From assembly GCA_950097015.1 (NCBI GenBank), contig CATNEN010000002.1:372001-436000 (forward strand): a stretch of DNA of 64,000 nucleotides. Direction: 5' to 3'. The notes beneath the pieces were generated by a model, which worked only from the letters and a program-made list of their open reading frames with translations, was not told where the DNA came from and made no database searches. Position numbers and translations under genes: made by a program. Below, one piece after another: positions 60,901 to 64,000 of this stretch (positions are counted from its first letter, which is position 1; the number at the start of each line of letters is the position of its first letter). The DNA comes from Macrostomum hystrix. Taxonomy: Eukaryota; Animalia; Platyhelminthes.

Positions 60901-63900
60901 TCTAATCAACTCGACCCTCGACTCCAACCGCAGGCCCGGCCTGGTCGATCCCAGCCGCGTCCCTAAAATGTCGGCCGAGGAGCGATTGAGGCTAGCCTTC
61001 GAACTTAACGAGCGCCACCTCGGGGTGAGCAGCCTGCTTGATCCTGAGGACGTCACTGTGGCAGAGCCCGACGAGCGCAGCCTCATCACCTATGTGTCAT
61101 CAATCTACGACATGGTGGCAGAGGACCGGTCTCAGCAACAGCAGCAGCAGCTGCATCGACAAAGACTGTCGGGCGCCACCGGTGTGACAGCCGGCATCAG
61201 TGACAGCAGCTGGGAGGAGTATCGACGCAGTGCCCAGGAGCTGCTCACCTGGCTGCGTCAATCAACGTCTGCGGCTGCTACGGCTATTCGAGACATCGGC
61301 GGCGGTGGCGGAGCCAGCCTGTCTCAGATGCGCTCCATGGCCGAACGCCTCGAAGCGCAGCACGCAGCTGAAGTTGAGCAGCGGGTTGCTCAGAAGGACG
61401 CCCTGGTGCGGCGTTACGATGAACTCCTCGCTAGCGTCAGCGGAAGCGGCGCCGTTGGCGGTCATCGAATCGAGGCGGAGCTCCGACCAGACAACCTGGA
61501 GCGCTCGTGGGAGCGCTACTGCATCGCTTCGAAGGAGCGCGAGCGAGCTCTGCAGCAGCGCATCGGCAAGCTGGAGCGGCTCTACATTCTAGGCGACAGC
61601 GTCAGGTCCGGTGCCACCAAGGCCGACGCTCAACTACGCAATGTCCAGGAAGAGCTTCACCGCCTGGCACCTGATGCTCATCCGATGGACGCAGAGACGT
61701 CTCTGCGGAGCATGTTGTCTGGCCTCGCTGCTGTCGGCCAGCAGATTGACCAACTCTTCGGCCAGGTGCAGGAGCTGCGTGAAGAGCAGTACAGCCAGGC
61801 CGAGCACCTGTACCACCGACTGTGCAGCTTGCACCTGTCCTACCTGGACATTAACCGACAGGTGGACTCCGCTAAAGCTAAACGCGCCAGCCGCACGGGC
61901 TCTAGCACCAGCCAACAGTTTCGTCGTCACGCCGAACAGCTTCTGCAGCAGAGCTCGGCCAGTCCCGGCAACTTCTACGACGACGTGGCGAATGTCAGCC
62001 AGGCGTTCTCGGCGTTGCCTGCGTACGCCGATCTGCGCCGCTGCATGGCCTGGATTCGTCAGCGCGAGGACCAGCTGAGACGCTCGCAGCAGCTGCCTGC
62101 CGGCGCTGACCTCGCGGCCGTCAGCGACGTCGCCGAACTGCTGCGCCGATTGTGCGCCTCCGTCATCGATCAGCGAGTCCAGATTAACGCATGCGAAGCT
62201 GCCAGAGCCAGCCTGGCTGCCGGCGAGGAGCGAGAGACCTTCGACGGGCTGCTGGGCGAGCTTGACTCCGCCTATCGCGCCCTCCTGCAGGCGGCCAACC
62301 GTCGCCAGGCTGAGACTGAGGACCTGCTGGCCTTCATGGAGAGCGCGGAGGCTGAGGTGGCCTGGCTGGTTGAGAAGGAGGCCGAGCTGCTCGGGCACGA
62401 CTGGGGCACCGCAAGTCTGGAGACAGACGATGTGGAAGTCTACTTTAAGGTGAGATAATTTACCCGTGATCTGGAGCTGAAAATTTGTCACTTATCAATT
62501 AAAATTTGTTAGTTTTCACATCTAGGAGAATTCCATTATTAAGTTTTCGCACATATTTTTTTAAAACTATCTTCAGGTTGCAAATTCTTATGCATAAAAG
62601 CATGCTGTGTCATGAACTCAATAAAATATTATTTGCACATGAAATTTTAATAAAGACGTCGAGATTCGACTAGTATTTTCAAGATTACACATCACATCGG
62701 TTTTTAAAAGCTGGAAAACTTTGTCTCGATCCGTTCGGTTTTAGAATTGCTACAATCGGCTGAAGGTATTTAAGAAAATTGCGCTTCTGAAATTGGTACT
62801 TTCTCAGTTCAGCTCACAGTAGCACTGCCACAGTAGTTATAGTATGCTATTTTTGTCGTGACAGTGACAAAAAATCTAATAATTTTGTCCAAGCACCTTT
62901 GAAAAAGAGACTAATAGTTTCTAAGCAAAGTTTTCACCTGTGCATCGCTGTTACACAGGTAGGCTCACATATAATGTCAGTAATTAGTTTTAGACTTATA
63001 AAAATACACTTACCTTTGGTTGCTAGTATCCAAGCTCTACCTGCATTACACAACCGTTTTCCAATTTCATTTCTAAAGCATTTAATCAGAGAAGTTTTGT
63101 TAAAAAGCACTCCACCATCGCATTGTTAACCTTTATGATCACAATAACATGCACATTGTTGTCTCTGTGCCCTGTCTTTGTTGTGCTAACTCATGAACCT
63201 CCCAATAATCAGGTTAAGAATCTGTCCTAAATATTACTCCTATGTCTTTATTGCTCTCGTCAATAATGTCCCCTTTGTCAAATGAGGACAGTTGTTTTGT
63301 ACTTTGGCAGTGAGTGGCATCTGCATCTAACACCGATGACCCTGAGCTCGATTCGGCGGCGAGGCCACATTCACTGGAGGAAAGCCTTAGAGAGAAGGCT
63401 TGGGGGATTGTTGTGCAATTTACGCCATTTAGAGCCAAGCATCTCAGTCACAGTGAGAGTGTACATTGCCTGACAATCAAAGCACATAGTCGTTAGAGTG
63501 TGCTCATGGGTCAGCGCATTGGGATGAATGACCTCCTCGCTGGCTGCAGGACGAATGTCGTCAAACGATGCGTCCTACAAATAATAATTGTTCTGTATTT
63601 AGGACAGTATTTAGAAAAATTCCATACACTTGCATGCAGTCTTTCCGTATAAAAGTACTAATGTTTTCTTCAGCTTCTGCTGGCCCCAATATTATTGCTT
63701 TGTTTGTGTTCCTATTAACGCCCTGAAAAATCAACATTAAGAACTTACAGTTGAGTAAACGGATTTGAGCACATTTAAGATAGTCAAAAACCCACTGCTC
63801 ATCACTGCTCATCACCTCCAGAAACTCATGGAGAGCCTGGAGAGTCGCGAGGCCCAGTTCAACGCCGTCATCGGGCAGGGCGCCGAATTGCGTCGTCGCG

Positions 63901-64000
63901 GCCACCCGGCTGAGGCCACGGTTCACGAGACATCGGCCAGGATGGAGCAGCAGTGGACCTGGTTTCTCAGCCTCACAAACTGCCTGGAGCATCACCTGGA
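48971..64000 (+). CDS. Spectraplakin/plakin (Shot/dystonin/MACF1/plectin family), 5' portion; exons 48971-49082, 53403-53464, 56618(or 56621)-56707, 56791-56868, 56972-57064, 60672-60853, 60934-62449, 63822->64000
   Basis: [12 protein letters not shown]|[21 protein letters not shown] corresponds to plectin [35 protein letters not shown]1 ([31 protein letters not shown]), CH2 ([26 protein letters not shown]), and plakin spectrin repeats ([19 protein letters not shown]). Phases are consistent. Confidence 0.95.
49512..50500. repeat. 22-bp minisatellite (GAGACGGTGAGACAGGTCATTA), plakin intron 1
   Basis: Visible period of 22. Confidence 0.97.
51008..51307 (-). mobile_element. tRNA-derived CORE-type SINE (family A), full length
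   Basis: Minus strand: GTAGCCTAGTGGTTAGG (A box)...GGTTCGATTCC (B box), then the CORE-like GTCCTTTAGCAAGACACTTAACTCTGCATTGCTTCAGTTCACCCAGCTGTTAAATGGGTACC and an (ATT)n tail. 13-bp TSD TCTTCAGATAATA (50995-51007, 51308-51320). Confidence 0.93.
52068..52805. repeat. 23-bp minisatellite (GCTAGATGAGTCTAGATTCAGTG) with ~299-bp higher-order duplication
   Basis: Period of 23. The interruption TTTATAGCTACTCAAGTCTAGGTCTCAGTTTT occurs at ~52310 and ~52609. Confidence 0.95.
53538..56408. repeat. 24-bp minisatellite (GAGATTCTGTATGAGATGCAACAT), ~120 copies, plakin intron 2
   Basis: Period of 24 (two 12-mers). Variant blocks recur, e.g. TTTAGCAT at ~55191, ~56007 and ~56198. Source of the [16 protein letters not shown] and SHTESHVA ORFs. 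Confidence 0.98.
56455..56522 (-). mobile_element. Diverged 5' fragment (tRNA head) of SINE family A
   Basis: TTCGAACCCCCGACCTTCAAG...AACAACTAGGCTA aligns to the heads at 51250-51307 and 59495-59553. Confidence 0.65.
58033..58314 (+). CDS. Candidate alternative first exon of the plakin gene encoding an N-terminal TM anchor
   Basis: ATG-initiated 94 codons with the hydrophobic stretch [19 protein letters not shown], then a Lys/Gln-rich run. It ends at a consensus donor CCA|GTAAGT in phase 0, matching the phase-0 CH2 exon at 60672. Confidence 0.7.
59231..59553 (-). mobile_element. tRNA-derived CORE-type SINE (family A), second full-length copy
   Basis: Near-identical to 51008-51307, with a ~24-bp internal expansion (CGCAGTACGTACGCGTACGCAG) near 59322-59345. 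Confidence 0.93.

Noticed and set aside
61200-62491. Alternative-frame and antisense ORFs overlapping the large plakin exon (similar ones over WDR3, ZF and SLC6 exons)
   Set aside because: Shadow ORFs expected from GC-rich coding sequence, with no recognisable motifs.
63214-63438. [11 protein letters not shown] resembling an SH3 or Tc1 N-terminal motif
   Set aside because: Only ~10 residues match, it is antisense within a plakin intron, and no supporting domain context or TIRs are present.

Overview
This is animal genomic DNA with spliceosomal introns: GC-rich exons, AT-rich intergenic DNA, and introns packed with minisatellites. The style suggests a free-living flatworm such as Macrostomum, but that is inference and is not proven from the sequence. 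Exons were assembled by hand using GT/GC-AG sites and phase continuity. Genes in order: an orphan 2-exon gene with a possible Myb/SANT-like C-terminus (+, 5.6-7.3 kb); CCDC24 (-, 4 exons); a C2H2 zinc-finger gene with a near-identical 84-bp finger array (+); a small TM/PPxY ORF (+); WDR3/UTP12 (+, 7 exons); an SLC6 catecholamine (DAT/NET-like) transporter (-, 11 exons) with substitutions at Na1/Cl- ligand positions; SURF2 (-); and the 5' part of a spectraplakin/plakin gene (+, runs off the window) with candidate alternative first exons between CH1 and CH2. Mobile DNA includes a degraded LINE, two tRNA-derived SINE families, a Merlin/IS1595-type transposase remnant nested in the TIR of another element, and several MITEs with clean TSDs. 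About 15 tandem arrays (16-42 bp units) explain nearly all the long repetitive ORFs in the track, which are spurious. There is no CRISPR array, rRNA or genuine tRNA gene. I found no unmistakably new multi-gene system; the best leads are listed as findings. Protein-family calls rest on remembered sequences; no database search was run.
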